DNA of 29,412 nucleotides from Paramoeba atlantica (lineage: Eukaryota; Protista; Discosea): contig CDRNVI010000068.1 in assembly GCA_977017575.1 (NCBI GenBank), positions 1-29,412 of the forward strand, given 5' to 3'. Of the stretch, positions 1 to 9,970 are shown piece by piece (position 1 is the first letter of the stretch; each line of letters begins with the position of its first letter). Under the pieces are notes generated by a model. The model did not search any database. It saw nothing but the letters and a program-made list of their open reading frames with translations, and was not told where the DNA came from. Position numbers and translations under genes: made by a program.

Positions 1-337
1 GATGGGGAGGGGAGGGGAGGGGAGGAGATGGGGGGGGGAAGGGGAGGGGAGGGGAGGGGAGGGGGATGAAAAGGGGGAGAGGGTAATGGAAGAGGGGAGT
101 GTGGGGTGAAAAAGGGGAGGGGGTAATGGAAGGGGGGAGTAAGGGGTGAAAAGGGGGAGAACGTGATGGAAGGCGGAAGGAGGGGGTGAAAGGGGTAGAG
201 TGGGGCGAAGTGGAGGAAGGGAAGGAGGGGGGGGGGTATGCGGTTGGAGAGGGTGAAGGGTAGAGAATGTGGGGGACAAGGTGGTGTAGGTTTCGTTTGA
301 GGAGGGTAAGGATGGTGGAGTCAGGGAACACAGGCAT
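1..337 (-). CDS. Possible 5' end of a divergent Pro/Leu/Ser-rich gene running off the left edge
   Basis: ATG at 337, 3 nt after a CAG, reads MPVFPDSTILTLLKRNLHHLVPHILYPSPSP and stays open to position 1. The C/T-rich strand is trivially stop-free, and the 40-bp repeat period is not a multiple of 3. Confidence 0.25.
   Translation of the reverse strand, partial: MPVFPDSTILTLLKRNLHHLVPHILYPSPSPTAYPPPSFPSSTSPHSTPFTPSFRLPSRSPPFHPLLPPSITPSPFSPHTPLFHYPLPLFIPLPSPPLPFPPPSPPLPSPPH
62..205. repeat. 40-bp-period G/purine-rich minisatellite (~3.5 copies) inside a G-rich tract (1-300)
   Basis: TGAAA starts at 67, 107, 147 and 187. GGGTAATGGA occurs at 81 and 121, with the variant ACGTGATGGA at 161. Many G3+ runs. 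Confidence 0.75.
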
Positions 338-600
338 TTTCTGTGTGTGGTAGTAGGTTAGAGAAGTCAGGTGGCGGTAAGTTACCTGGTAGGTAATATG
401 AAGTTTTGGAATATCTGAGTGTCAGAGAATGTTGATTGGCGTTCGATGTCGTGTGCTATGCTTCCTGATTAAGTGTGCGTTTCATAAAGGAGATGCAACT
501 GTAATTATGAAATGTGTGCTATAAATTCTCAGGATGTAAAATTGATGTCTTGAACTTCTGCACTTCTGAATGTTTGCATCTAGAAAAGTTCGTGCAAGTT

Positions 601-616
601 CCTCCCTGTTTTTTAG
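601..616 (+). promoter_or_regulatory. Candidate polypyrimidine tract + AG trans-splice acceptor for U2A'
   Basis: CCTCCCTGTTTTTTAG ends 48 nt upstream of the ATG at 665. Confidence 0.35.
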
Positions 617-664
617 GAAACATTACATATAAATTTGTAATTATCTCTCTACTTCACTAATTCC

Positions 665-1441
665 ATGACTCGCTTAAGCTTTGAGTTGCTCCACAGCCGC
701 CCACATTTTGTTAACCCGATTAAGCAACGAGAGCTGGACCTACGGGATTGTGAACTGTCCCGACTGGAAAACCTTGAATGGGCTCGTGATGTGGACACGA
801 TTGACCTAACGGGAAATGGCATTCGAAAATTTGACAATCTCCCGAGTGCTCCAGGCGTATTGGTTAGAGTCAAAACGCTGATTTTGCATCGTAATCCGAT
901 TGAAATGTTTTCAAGCCATCTCGCGGATGTGTTTCCATTTCTACAAACCATCATGATCCACGGGGGGTCGATTCGCGAAGTAAAAGATTTACACCCTTTA
1001 GTAAAATGTACAGGGCTAAAACATCTTTCACTGATCGGGAACCCAGTATGTAGTGCGGGGGTCGATTACAGGAAAGAAGTGATTGAGCTGCTTCCTCAAT
1101 TACGGGTGTTGAACTTTCAGCGCATTCGGGAAAAAGAACGGCCCACAGTAAAGCCGACGTCAACGGGTGAAGATTGGGAAGGGGCAAAGTTGGAGAGCAC
1201 TGTGGAGAGTGGTGCATTGGTAGGTGATCAACAGGGTGAAATCTGTGAGACCACGGAGATTGTGACAAAACCGGGGAAACGCAAAGGCAGGGAGGTGAAA
1301 AAGAGGCCGGTAAAAAAGAGGGCTACAGAAAAAATTCCTGATAGAGACGTACTGCTTCGTCAACTGCAGCAGGCGAACCAAAAGGAAGAGGTAGATCGTA
1401 TTCAAGATTTGCTGGAGACTCATTATCCAATAGAAGAATAG
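665..1441 (+). CDS. SNRPA1: U2 snRNP protein A' (LRR)
   Basis: N-terminus RLSFELL..RPHFVNPIKQRELDLR...LENL, LRRs, and an LRRcap LSLIGNPVC...YRKEVIELLPQLRVLNFQRIREKER, all matching the U2A' family. ATG to TAG, no intron. Confidence 0.9.
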   Translation: MTRLSFELLHSRPHFVNPIKQRELDLRDCELSRLENLEWARDVDTIDLTGNGIRKFDNLPSAPGVLVRVKTLILHRNPIEMFSSHLADVFPFLQTIMIHGGSIREVKDLHPLVKCTGLKHLSLIGNPVCSAGVDYRKEVIELLPQLRVLNFQRIREKERPTVKPTSTGEDWEGAKLESTVESGALVGDQQGEICETTEIVTKPGKRKGREVKKRPVKKRATEKIPDRDVLLRQLQQANQKEEVDRIQDLLETHYPIEE

Positions 1442-1485
1442 TACGTTTAACAACTATGAACATATTTTTATTTCTTTTTGTAGAT

Positions 1486-1539
1486 TTTCCGTATAGGTTA
1501 CCTATACGGAAATACGAATATACCGATACGAATATCGGT
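1486..1539. repeat. Two adjacent hairpins/palindromes downstream of U2A'
   Basis: TTTCCGTATAGGT-T-ACCTATACGGAAA (13-bp perfect arms, 1486-1512) and ACCGATA-CGAA-TATCGGT (1522-1539). Confidence 0.8.
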
Positions 1540-2146
1540 TTGTAGAAAGTACTTTTACTGTATCGTGCTGTTTCACACTACTCTGATTTTTAATCGTTTT
1601 TGTTCATCTTCCTACTGATTCCTTTGATGTGCGCCTATATGCATCGAAAGTCATGAGAGCGTTTCGCTTTCGTTCGCAGGTCTAAAAACCAATGCACATT
1701 CGAAAAACTGGTACTTCTCCGCGGTGTACCCACCCCCCTCCCGAGGGGTGAAGTCGTTTCGCCTGTTTCATGGCCGGAGGAGCCGTCCATATATTGCATT
1801 TATGCATACAGCATAGTTCGGCGGCGCATCAGTGACGACATCGTTCTACGTGTACGCTGTTCTGTGGATGATGTGCTGGATTTCTAGGAGTCGCGTCAGG
1901 CATTGGCGAAGAACTAGTGCTATCTTTGCTGTCAGCATTGTCGTACCCATGATTGGCGCAGCATGTTGGCCCCCGTTTGTTGGTCCGTTTTAGCTAGCAC
2001 TAAGAATACGGTAAAAGTTTATAACATTGCGCACGGCCCAACCAGCCAAAATAACAGCCTTTCGTAGGGAGTCAGTGACTCCGAGTCACTATCGTTGTCG
2101 TTGAGCCAATTAGACCAGAGGGTGAGTGATTGAACCGTAACAGCAA

Positions 2147-2548
2147 TCATCCCTTTCGAGTATTCAAAAGAACCATTTTACCCTCTACACGGGACAACAG
2201 TTGATAAGTCCTTAGTACATTTTGGCACAGCTTGTCAACAGTGTGAACTGCAAGGAAGCACTTAGGACCGCAAAAGCGCTTCCATTCATCCTCATGAATG
2301 AGAGAACGTTCAATGGTGCTATCGAGTTCACAAGCAACCTCTTTCCTCTCACGCGCGGATATCCGATCGTTAGTAGCCTCTTCCTGCTCCTGTCGGACCT
2401 TTCTTGAGCTGCTTATGGGGGGAGTATCCTCTGAGAATAAACCAGATGGTGTTCCTCGACCACCGGTGACTTGTGAACACGGTGTGGCGCGAGGGACAAC
2501 AGACGGACGACGAAAAGTGTAATAAATAATCTGTGTTAGGAGCTCCAC
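2147..2548 (-). pseudogene. Coding-like remnant without ATG; weak resemblance to the Sin3 C-terminal domain
   Basis: LDSTIERSLIHEDEWKRFCGPKCFLAVHTVDKLCQNVLR resembles the remembered Sin3_C pattern LD..ID.S.YED.......AY.AFTMDKLIQSIVR. GTG start; flanking frames are broken. Confidence 0.25.
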
Positions 2549-3232
2549 CGTTGTCTTGCCTTTTCAAAGTTGGCGCCCACCTCACTGGGTGTCGGCATGA
2601 GTTCTTGGAAATGTGAAGCTCTGTCTTTTAAACGAAACCTAGAAGTAGGTTTCAGATTTCATATATCAATGGGAGGTCCCCGCATTACATCGTGTGCCTT
2701 CATTCCTTCTGCGTTATACACTACTTAGACACATAGCTGTACAAGGCCTACAACTTAGGTCTACTACTAAGGGCCAACTATTTAGTCAAATAAGGCTGTT
2801 CGGTACTGGCGAGTCGGCATAAATGAACAATTTTTATATACAACGACATTATGCACAAGACTTTGACGATCTTATTAAAAGAGCATTTGCAAGGGCTAAC
2901 TGGCATTTTACTGGTCCTTAAACGTAAACTAAAATCTGAACAAATGACAAAAATCAGACTTTTACCAGAGTTTTCCAATATCAAATTCAGTACACGTAAT
3001 GTTTTCTCAAGATGCCGCATCATCTTCAAAGGAGACAATGAAGCCACACAGTGACAGAATACATGGTACTGAAGAATAAATAACTCCAATGTTAGTAGAA
3101 ATGGCCTCGATTTAAACAACGTCGCTAAAATCCTGCAAGTATTAAACACCATTAGGATAATCAAAATAGATTTTGTCAATTTTTATAATCATGCATATTC
3201 GTTAGCTTTCTCCACTCCAATTTGCAGATATT

Positions 3233-4132
3233 ACGGAGCCCTTGGCAAAGCGAAGGAAGACAGAAAATCAGCAGCCGAAAGATCTTCTAATTACGGAGGA
3301 GTACGAGCCCTATACTGCACAACAGAGTACTCGAACAGGTAAAGTTCGAGGAGCACGTTTGCCACAGGAATACGAACTCGCGCAACTCGTTAAAGAAATT
3401 AAAGCAATTTCACTGGAGCCTTCATGGACCACAAACACACCTGCATGTGAGTGGGATGGAGTAGCTTGCGATGAAGAAGACGACGTAACCGAACTCAACT
3501 GGGCATATTACGATCTTTCCGGCGCCATGCACTGGGACTCTTTACCACAAACGCTCGAAAAGATTGATATCGCGAATAATAATCTCACGGGAGCACTGCT
3601 ATGTGACATCCTTCCGCCATGGCTTTTTTCTCTTTGGTTGTATAAAAATCGGTTGAGCGGGGCGCTGGATTTATCGCATCTACCTGATACCACAAACGAA
3701 CTTTGGTTGTCAGATAATAAGTTTGAGGGGAGCATCGATTTAACAAATCTTCCCGATTTACGCGCATTGCGAATTCAACGGAACAACTTATCGGGAGAAG
3801 TTTGTCTTAGTTGCTTACCAAACTCATTGAGAAATCTCAATTTAAGTGAAAACAAGTTTACTGGGCCACTTGATCTTCAAAATTTACCACCAAACTTGAT
3901 AGAGCTTGACTGTCATCAGAATTGTTTTGAAGGGCCAGTTTTGTTCGACCGTCTTCCCGGAACCTTGCACATATTATATCTTTCGGAATGTAAAGGACTT
4001 TATGGACAAATACCTAAATATAATACGTTTTTTATAAAGCACACGTGGCATGGAACAATGATTGAAATAAACGAGGCGGACGAAGAAATACACAGTAAAA
4101 ATAATACGATCATGGACAAATACCTAAAGTAA
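3233..4132 (+). CDS. Leucine-rich repeat protein (Perkinsela-type LRR family), no ATG at the apparent start
   Basis: About 8 LRRs of the form LPxxLxxLxLxxNxFxG, with N-cap PACEWDGVAC and GKVRGARLPQEY. In-frame TAG at 3203; AG acceptor at 3226-3227; in-frame ACG at 3233 and TTG at 3242. The first ATG falls inside the LRRs. Confidence 0.8.
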   Translation, partial: TEPLAKRRKTENQQPKDLLITEEYEPYTAQQSTRTGKVRGARLPQEYELAQLVKEIKAISLEPSWTTNTPACEWDGVACDEEDDVTELNWAYYDLSGAMHWDSLPQTLEKIDIANNNLTGALLCDILPPWLFSLWLYKNRLSGALDLSHLPDTTNELWLSDNKFEGSIDLTNLPDLRALRIQRNNLSGEVCLSCLPNSLRNLNLSENKFTGPLDLQNLPPNLIELDCHQNCFEGPVLFDRLPGTLHILYLSECKGLYGQIPKYNTFFIKHTWHGTMIEINEADEEIHSKNNTIMDKYLK

Positions 4133-4232
4133 AAACTTTTCTTATTATGCATACGTGACATGTAACATTGATTGAAATAAAGGAAGGCGAAGAAGAAAAA
4201 TACAGATAATATAAAATTTAGTATGATCATGA
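4002..4232 (+). repeat. Imperfect 110-bp tandem duplication spanning the LRR stop codon
   Basis: ATGGACAAATACCTAAA at 4002 and 4112; TGATTGAAATAAA at 4059 and 4169; GCACACGTGGCATG vs GCATACGTGACATG. Confidence 0.85.
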
Positions 4233-4429
4233 ACGCATCTGTTCTGCGAGGTAAACAATTTGTTAACGTTTTAAGAACGTACTCAAGTATTCCTATTTTC
4301 GCTCAAAAGCAAATTTTGAACAAAGCACTCTAAGAAACCCAGATGTTATCAGTAGTAGTGTTACTACTAATAATATTTCTTCATCCACTTATACAGTGCG
4401 TATTAGTGAAGCCATTTTCTCTAAATACA

Positions 4430-4700
4430 GGGCGGGACATCTAATGCTGGGGGGGTCTAAAACTTGTAAAATTTGGCCAATTTTGGAAAATAATAGCGCA
4501 CCCTAAATTTCCTTAACAAGGTGGCCAGGGCCTACACATCTGACAAGAACGGATGCCTTTCCCACATCCTTATGACCATAGGGGTGGCCATACAGAAAGG
4601 CAACTCTCAGATCGTTCAGGCGGCGGTAAAAGATTGGTACCGTCGCGGTGTTAGGGGGTAGGCTTTCGGTGGGCCTAGGGGGTTCACACCAAAAAAAAAA
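4430..4700 (+). mobile_element. GC-rich structured block ending in A10; possible retroposon 3' end
   Basis: Stem GCGGCGGTA/TACCGTCGC (4620-4646). GGTGT...ACACC (4647-4690) encloses TAGGC/GCCTA. A10 at 4691-4700. No TSD identified. Confidence 0.3.
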
Positions 4701-5442
4701 TATAATCTATAAACCATATAATCTATAACCTTTTTACTTTATCATTAGAATTATAGTTTATAATTATTAATCAGATTCGATATGTGATTTTTTCTTATTA
4801 TGGACTTCAAATTCTTGATTTTCGAGACACTTCGTTCAACTTGGAAACAATTTTTAGTGCAAAGTATGTCGTACAGGTGTCTTTCTAGATAAAAAATGAA
4901 GAATTTGAGGTTTATAATTATAGAAGTGAGACTCAGAATTATAATCTCATTAAATTTCTATGAACGAACCCTTTAGTGAGTTTCGGAGGTTTATAATTAT
5001 TAATGAGAGGGGGAGTAGTGTAACAATAATTTGTAAAACAAAAATTAGTAAATTTTTCATTAGTAAAATATTTTGGAAAATTTAGAGTCTGCCATACTGT
5101 CCTGGACGTGGTGGTGCATGAGCTCGACCGTACTCAATGCTTCGATGGAGCATGCTTCCCAACGTGTCGCCAAGGTCTCGTGTCGTGTGGCCTTCCCTTC
5201 TAGGGGGAGGGGAGTGGTGCACTGGAAAAGACAAGAAATTTCTTTTCTGGGAAAAAATTGGTGTATTGGTATTGACAATCCGCTGAGTGGCCCTTGGGTT
5301 GCAAATCATGAGATCACATCGTAGACTTTACGATGAATACGAAAATGTCGAACAAGACTGTCAAAATTCATTAGTATTTGGTTTGGTTAGCAAACAATGC
5401 TTTTGAGTTATTTTGACCAGAATTTTGATTCCGAGCTTCTAC

Positions 5443-5528
5443 GTGATGAACTTTGTATAATAGGTTGACATTGCAAAAAGCGAAGCATACTTTTTGCTTT
5501 TGCTATTGATGCACGAAATACATGCTGA
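5443..5528 (+). ncRNA. Candidate box C/D snoRNA, copy 1
   Basis: C box GTGATGA (5443) and D box CTGA (5525). Internal TTGA (D'-like, 5465), 8-bp stem GCAAAAAG/CTTTTTGC and TTGATGC (C'-like, 5506). 86 nt; 5 differences from copy 2. Confidence 0.55.
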
Positions 5529-5769
5529 TTAGCGCTCTATACTACCCGAGTAACTTTTTTGGCTGTGTCTCTACTTCGTTGAATATTCAACGAACGGGTT
5601 TTTAATTTTTACACAACCTATTTTCTTACCGAACAAGAATTCCCTGAAATTTTCGAATCTCTAGCTTTCTCGTCTGGGGGCAAAGCCCGACTGTGAGCCC
5701 CTGTTTGCAAGCAAGGCCCACCTGTGAGCACTGAGAAGCGCTGGAGCGCGCGGGTCGCGCACTGAGAAC

Positions 5770-7480
5770 CTGTGTCTACCCCATGTGCGTAGTCGACGCG
5801 TTAGAAAAAGCTAGGACAAAACGTTTTATGGCCTTCGGGGGACCTCGACTGCTGGATTTATTTTCCTGAATATGTAGAACAATGTATGTAGAATAATGTT
5901 GATAATAAATGTCGTTCGAATATATTCATTTGGAAACTAGTGAGATGATGTGGCTCCCTCTCATCATACCTGGAGATATCCCGCCCAATTATTCGCGCCT
6001 CGTACACTTAAGCGAAATCCAGCTGCTGTACCATAGTGTCCCACATTATGATACCTAGTACTCGCTGAATATCTCGAACAGTAACTAACTAGTCTTTTTG
6101 GAAGGAGCTCCACTTGGTAACGATCGCTTCCGTGTGTTTCCAAGTAAACATATGATATTCCCACCGGAAGTCTATGCCCGATATCGTGGCCGATAGAGCA
6201 GGTTCACGCAAATCCTTCCAAACAATTTGCAGCCCCATTGGAGACGGTTTTGCACACTTCTTAAGGTTTGAATACATTTGATGTAGTAGGGAGGCTCTGC
6301 ACGATGTGATAGAGATGTCATACTATAATAGTAGAACTGCCATCTTTTTAGTTGTTCTCTTACTCACTATCCACAGGAATCCGGGAGGCATTTGTGTAGT
6401 ACTGCGTACTATTTGAGCATCGTACCCCGTTGGAACACAACGTAGTAATATGATCCATGCTGTGCACTGAGCAATGTATGGGGCCCATGAAAATCCCATT
6501 GATAGTACCCTCATTTCGAATATTCTTCCGCAACATCTAATGGAAAAATATTTTCCCACTAAGTTTGGAATCCTAATTTGATGAAATCAATGTCTGAGGT
6601 CTGTGGTGAGGAAGCTTCCATTCGGAAAACAAGAAAGGACATGAACAATCTCTTCCAAAGGGGGCAAATTAACTCCTGGTGGAGGCGCGCACATCTCGTT
6701 CTTCGTTCGCGCGCATGGCTTGTTTATTTTAATAGGTGTGCTTTGAAAGAAGATCATCTTTAGCTAAAGAGTGACAGTAGTGTACTGCACAGTTTCGCAA
6801 TGTATCTTCACGATATTCTAAGTCGTTCTCTTGTTTCAGTACTTTATTCATTGTATACGAGGGGCATGACCTGCTTCGTACTGTCTTGGACATTCCACAT
6901 AGCGCATCTTTCTTCACGTCCACAGCTTCGCAGCTGCTAATCGCGTTCCACCATGGCGCAAGGTGTGCGTTCCATCAAACTTAACTCCGGTGGACCAATT
7001 TAAATCCTTTGCAGCCTTTTAGATCAAGTTCCCCATAGTCTTTTTTCTATACGATGGGAATACTATTTTCCTGTGCGAAACCCATTCTAACGCCTCTTCT
7101 AAGCACTGTGCTGCCTTTTCGTGTAGAGGCTTGTGTTGTTTGGCAAATGCTGTTCAGCATGTGGCCAATGTAAGACAAAAGTATTATAGAGGGAACTCGA
7201 GCTGCAATACCCTGCTGAAGAGCAACCGTGTCAGAGACTCCAATGGGGAAAATTCTGTCATACATGTTATACAATACTGTATATTCGCTTTAGGAGGTCC
7301 TTGCAATCGTTTCTAGCCACATGATTGACTGAATTTCCATCAGCGATCATCAATTTTAGCTTCAACAAACGTTGCGCTCCAAGATTGGCCTGTAGAGCAC
7401 AGATTAGCTGCTCTGCCATAGTTTTTCCATCGAATGCTCGATGTCCCGATGAATAAATGGGAGGTAGTACGTACACTCCA
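5770..7480 (-). mobile_element. Decayed tyrosine-recombinase retrotransposon (VIPER/TATE-like; order YR, RT, RNase H)
   Basis: YR: LI*KAAKDLNW...GTHTLRHGG (HxLRH at 6967-6947). RT: TDLRH*FHQI (6604-6575), SMGFSWAPYIAQ (~6500), LLL*YD (~6325), then GIDF and TVRDIQRVLGIIMW. RNase H start LAFSNAS (~5811-5794). Multiple stops and frameshifts; boundaries approximate. Confidence 0.8.
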
Positions 7481-8774
7481 GGCCACATTGTCGGCCCCCC
7501 AGGCCACAGAGTACACCGTGAGAGCTTTTGACCTAATTCCTTCGGAATTCGACAGATCTCAAAAAAGTGGAACGTTTTCCGTATTGTTTTCACATGTGGA
7601 GCCCCCCACATGAGTAACGGGTCAAAAAGACATGGAAAAAATGGAATTATTTTGAAATATTTCACGAAAAGTACAATTTTTAGGTGTTTCTTGCTATAAA
7701 ATGGCATCTCATCAACATGCTATTTAGGAAAACCCCCTTTAAATCAACTGAGAATCTTATTCCAACACAGCCCCGAAAGAAACCCATTTACGCACACGGT
7801 ATCCCGATGCGAACTCCCCAAACGTCTTGAAATCATTCGTCAGTACAAAAAGAAATTTAGTCAAAGAAATTTTGAAGCCTGAAAATGAGAAAGAGCTTCG
7901 GGTGGCCATTATAAAAGCTTTTGTGATGATTAAGCGCAGTCCCTATCAGCGTCAGGTTCTGAATTGTATGAATTCAATGACCAAACGCACGTAAATTGTG
8001 CAGCGTGTAAGGGGGGGGGGCATACAGGGTACCGGTTTGTCGCTTCAAATAAGTATTTGTGGTGGTTTTTTTCATTTTTTTGTCTAAAAGAAATATTTTT
8101 TTTTTCACTCGAGCGACCCCCTACCCCCCTTATCGAGATAGGGGTCAAAATGAAGGCGAGCACGATTTTCGAGGTAAATTTTTGAATATTTATTTTGTAA
8201 AACAGTGACTTGAAAGCCAGATAAGAAGTATGTAAGCAGGTAGAAAGCTCGTGATTAGTGCTCAGTTAAGTGTCTCTTTTCTTTCTCGCCCTCCAAAAAT
8301 TCTTGGGATGGCTTTGCAAAACGTTTTCAGGCAATTCTGGTTCATCCCGAAAATTATTCAGAAAAAAGGGGGGGTTGTGGAAAAAATTGGACAAAATATT
8401 AAGAAAAATATTTATCGATAATGATAGCGCTTCTAATAGGTGGCAAAAGGTGTGCATATCTCATGACGTACGTGTCGTGCAGGAGGACACACGGGACGAG
8501 ATAGTTCGGTCGTGTAAAAGCGAAGAAGAGTGAAAAATGACGCAAGAAATAGGTGTTCCGTAAAAATCATGGTTTTTAGCCCATTCTTTTGCGGTTTCGA
8601 CATGAACCAGTTTTCCGCGAGTGAAAAGGACCTCGGATTCGGAACGATTGGGTCGAAAAACGGTGGTATACCAATATGTACAAAATCGGAGAAAATACAA
8701 GACCTGTAGGGGGGGGGGTACATATCGTTGCCCACCACTGTAACTGACAACAAATATGTTTACTTCTGGCAATC

Positions 8775-9970
8775 ATCCTTGGCTGCGCGTAACCACACGA
8801 TGCAAGTCCATCGGGACATAAACCCGTGAATCCGCGCTGATGAGTCCCACACTAAAGCGGGCGGACTCCACACACAGTAATCGTGCTTCTTCACTGTATT
8901 CCCCCTTTACCAGGGACCAGTAAGCCAAAAGGTGCGCGCTGAGGTCTAGAAGGAAGTGATTCGCCCCGATGCGGATCGCTTCACTTGCTAGTGAGCCAAT
9001 AATCCAGCTGGAAGTGTGCAAGTACGTTTGTCGGCTAGAGCAACATTGCTAGATTTCTCTCCTCTGTATTCAACGCCTCTCTCGGCCAATTTGTTGTAAG
9101 CGATGCCTGTTTTGTCTATAGTGACGACAAATTCCTCGTTAAGAGTTCTATGTTGTGCACATGAAACAAGATGCACAACTCTCAAGAGCACATCTCGGCC
9201 TTGGCCCTCCCAATTCGGAGGAAGCGAAGCTTTGTGAGCGCGTTTGGCGGATTTAAGAACTACGCCAAAGTCCTTTAACCAGATCACAAAAGAAGGATAC
9301 GAGGGTGTCCATATCTCTTTCGTATCCCTTTGAACCGCCCTCAGCTCCTCAACTAATTCAGCCGAATCAGAATCGCCGTCAGAATCATTAAAAATGGATT
9401 CTCATACCAACCTTCAAAGATAAGCTTTTCCGACGGGGGTATCGAAGAAGTGACACTCGTCGGCACGTTTTTTAATTATTGACTCGAGGTTTGTTTCAGA
9501 GAGGACCTCGCATTTGACCCAGTCAATTCTGTTAAGCCTTTGTTGCTTTTGTCTTGGCGAATCTGACGCCAACTTCTTATCTTTTGATAAGACAAATGTT
9601 CAGAAATAGAAGTGAATATTAACTTGATTTCCTTCTCTAGGCGATGGAAATTTGGGTCATGCCTTCCAGGACCCTCATCTACATGAAAGTAGAGAACAGT
9701 TGAGACTAACCGATCAATAGCATCGCATACGTTGACTTTAGCTTCTGCTTACATTTGTTTCGTGCGTTGGCGAGTTTCTACTTCTTTTCCAGAGTTAACC
9801 CTTGTAAACTGAACATCAAACATCAAACTTCCATTTAAAGAGAAAACAGGGCCTTGCTCCGTAGTCGCATAAAGCTGTGCAAAGATAAAGGGCTGAAGCT
9901 GATACCAACTAACGTTTTGTCGAAGATTTAGATCGGTGCGAGAACTTGCTTCTCGCTGACAGCAAGGCAT
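8775..9970 (-). mobile_element. Decayed pogo/Tc1-mariner-superfamily (DDE_1-like) transposase
   Basis: One frame reads WTPSYPSFVIWLKDFG..KRAHKASLPPNWE..LLRV..VVTIDKTG (D at 9116)..GEK..DKRTCT..ALVWDS (8858-8841). An upstream frame has the HTH-like LSYQKIRSWR. Internal stops; third catalytic residue absent (truncated at ~8775). Confidence 0.65.

Noticed and set aside
2778-3179. 133-aa minus-strand ORF with hydrophobic N-terminus
   Set aside because: Non-ATG start, no recognisable motif, antisense to the gene run.
4745-5010. Repeated GTTTATAATTAT motifs
   Set aside because: Three short AT-rich copies with no definable TIR or TSD; low complexity is a sufficient explanation.
5575-5594. Perfect 20-bp palindrome TTCGTTGAATATTCAACGAA
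   Set aside because: Real but isolated. Copy 2 of the neighbouring snoRNA-like unit lacks it, so no function can be argued.
6323-7021. Stop-codon reassignment (TGA/TAG at expected Trp sites in RT; TAA in YR)
   Set aside because: Host genes have long stop-free ORFs ending in TAG/TGA/TAA, and the element also has frameshifts. TGG>TGA/TAG are ordinary decay mutations.
8837-8870. Hammerhead-like CTGATGA-GTCC...GGAC
   Set aside because: The obligatory GAAA after stem II is replaced by TCCA, and the sequence is the antisense of transposase codons (ALVWDSS).
9907-9914. AACTAACG, like the start of the trypanosomatid spliced leader
   Set aside because: Only 8 nt match, with no CAGTTTCTGTACT core, donor site or Sm site.
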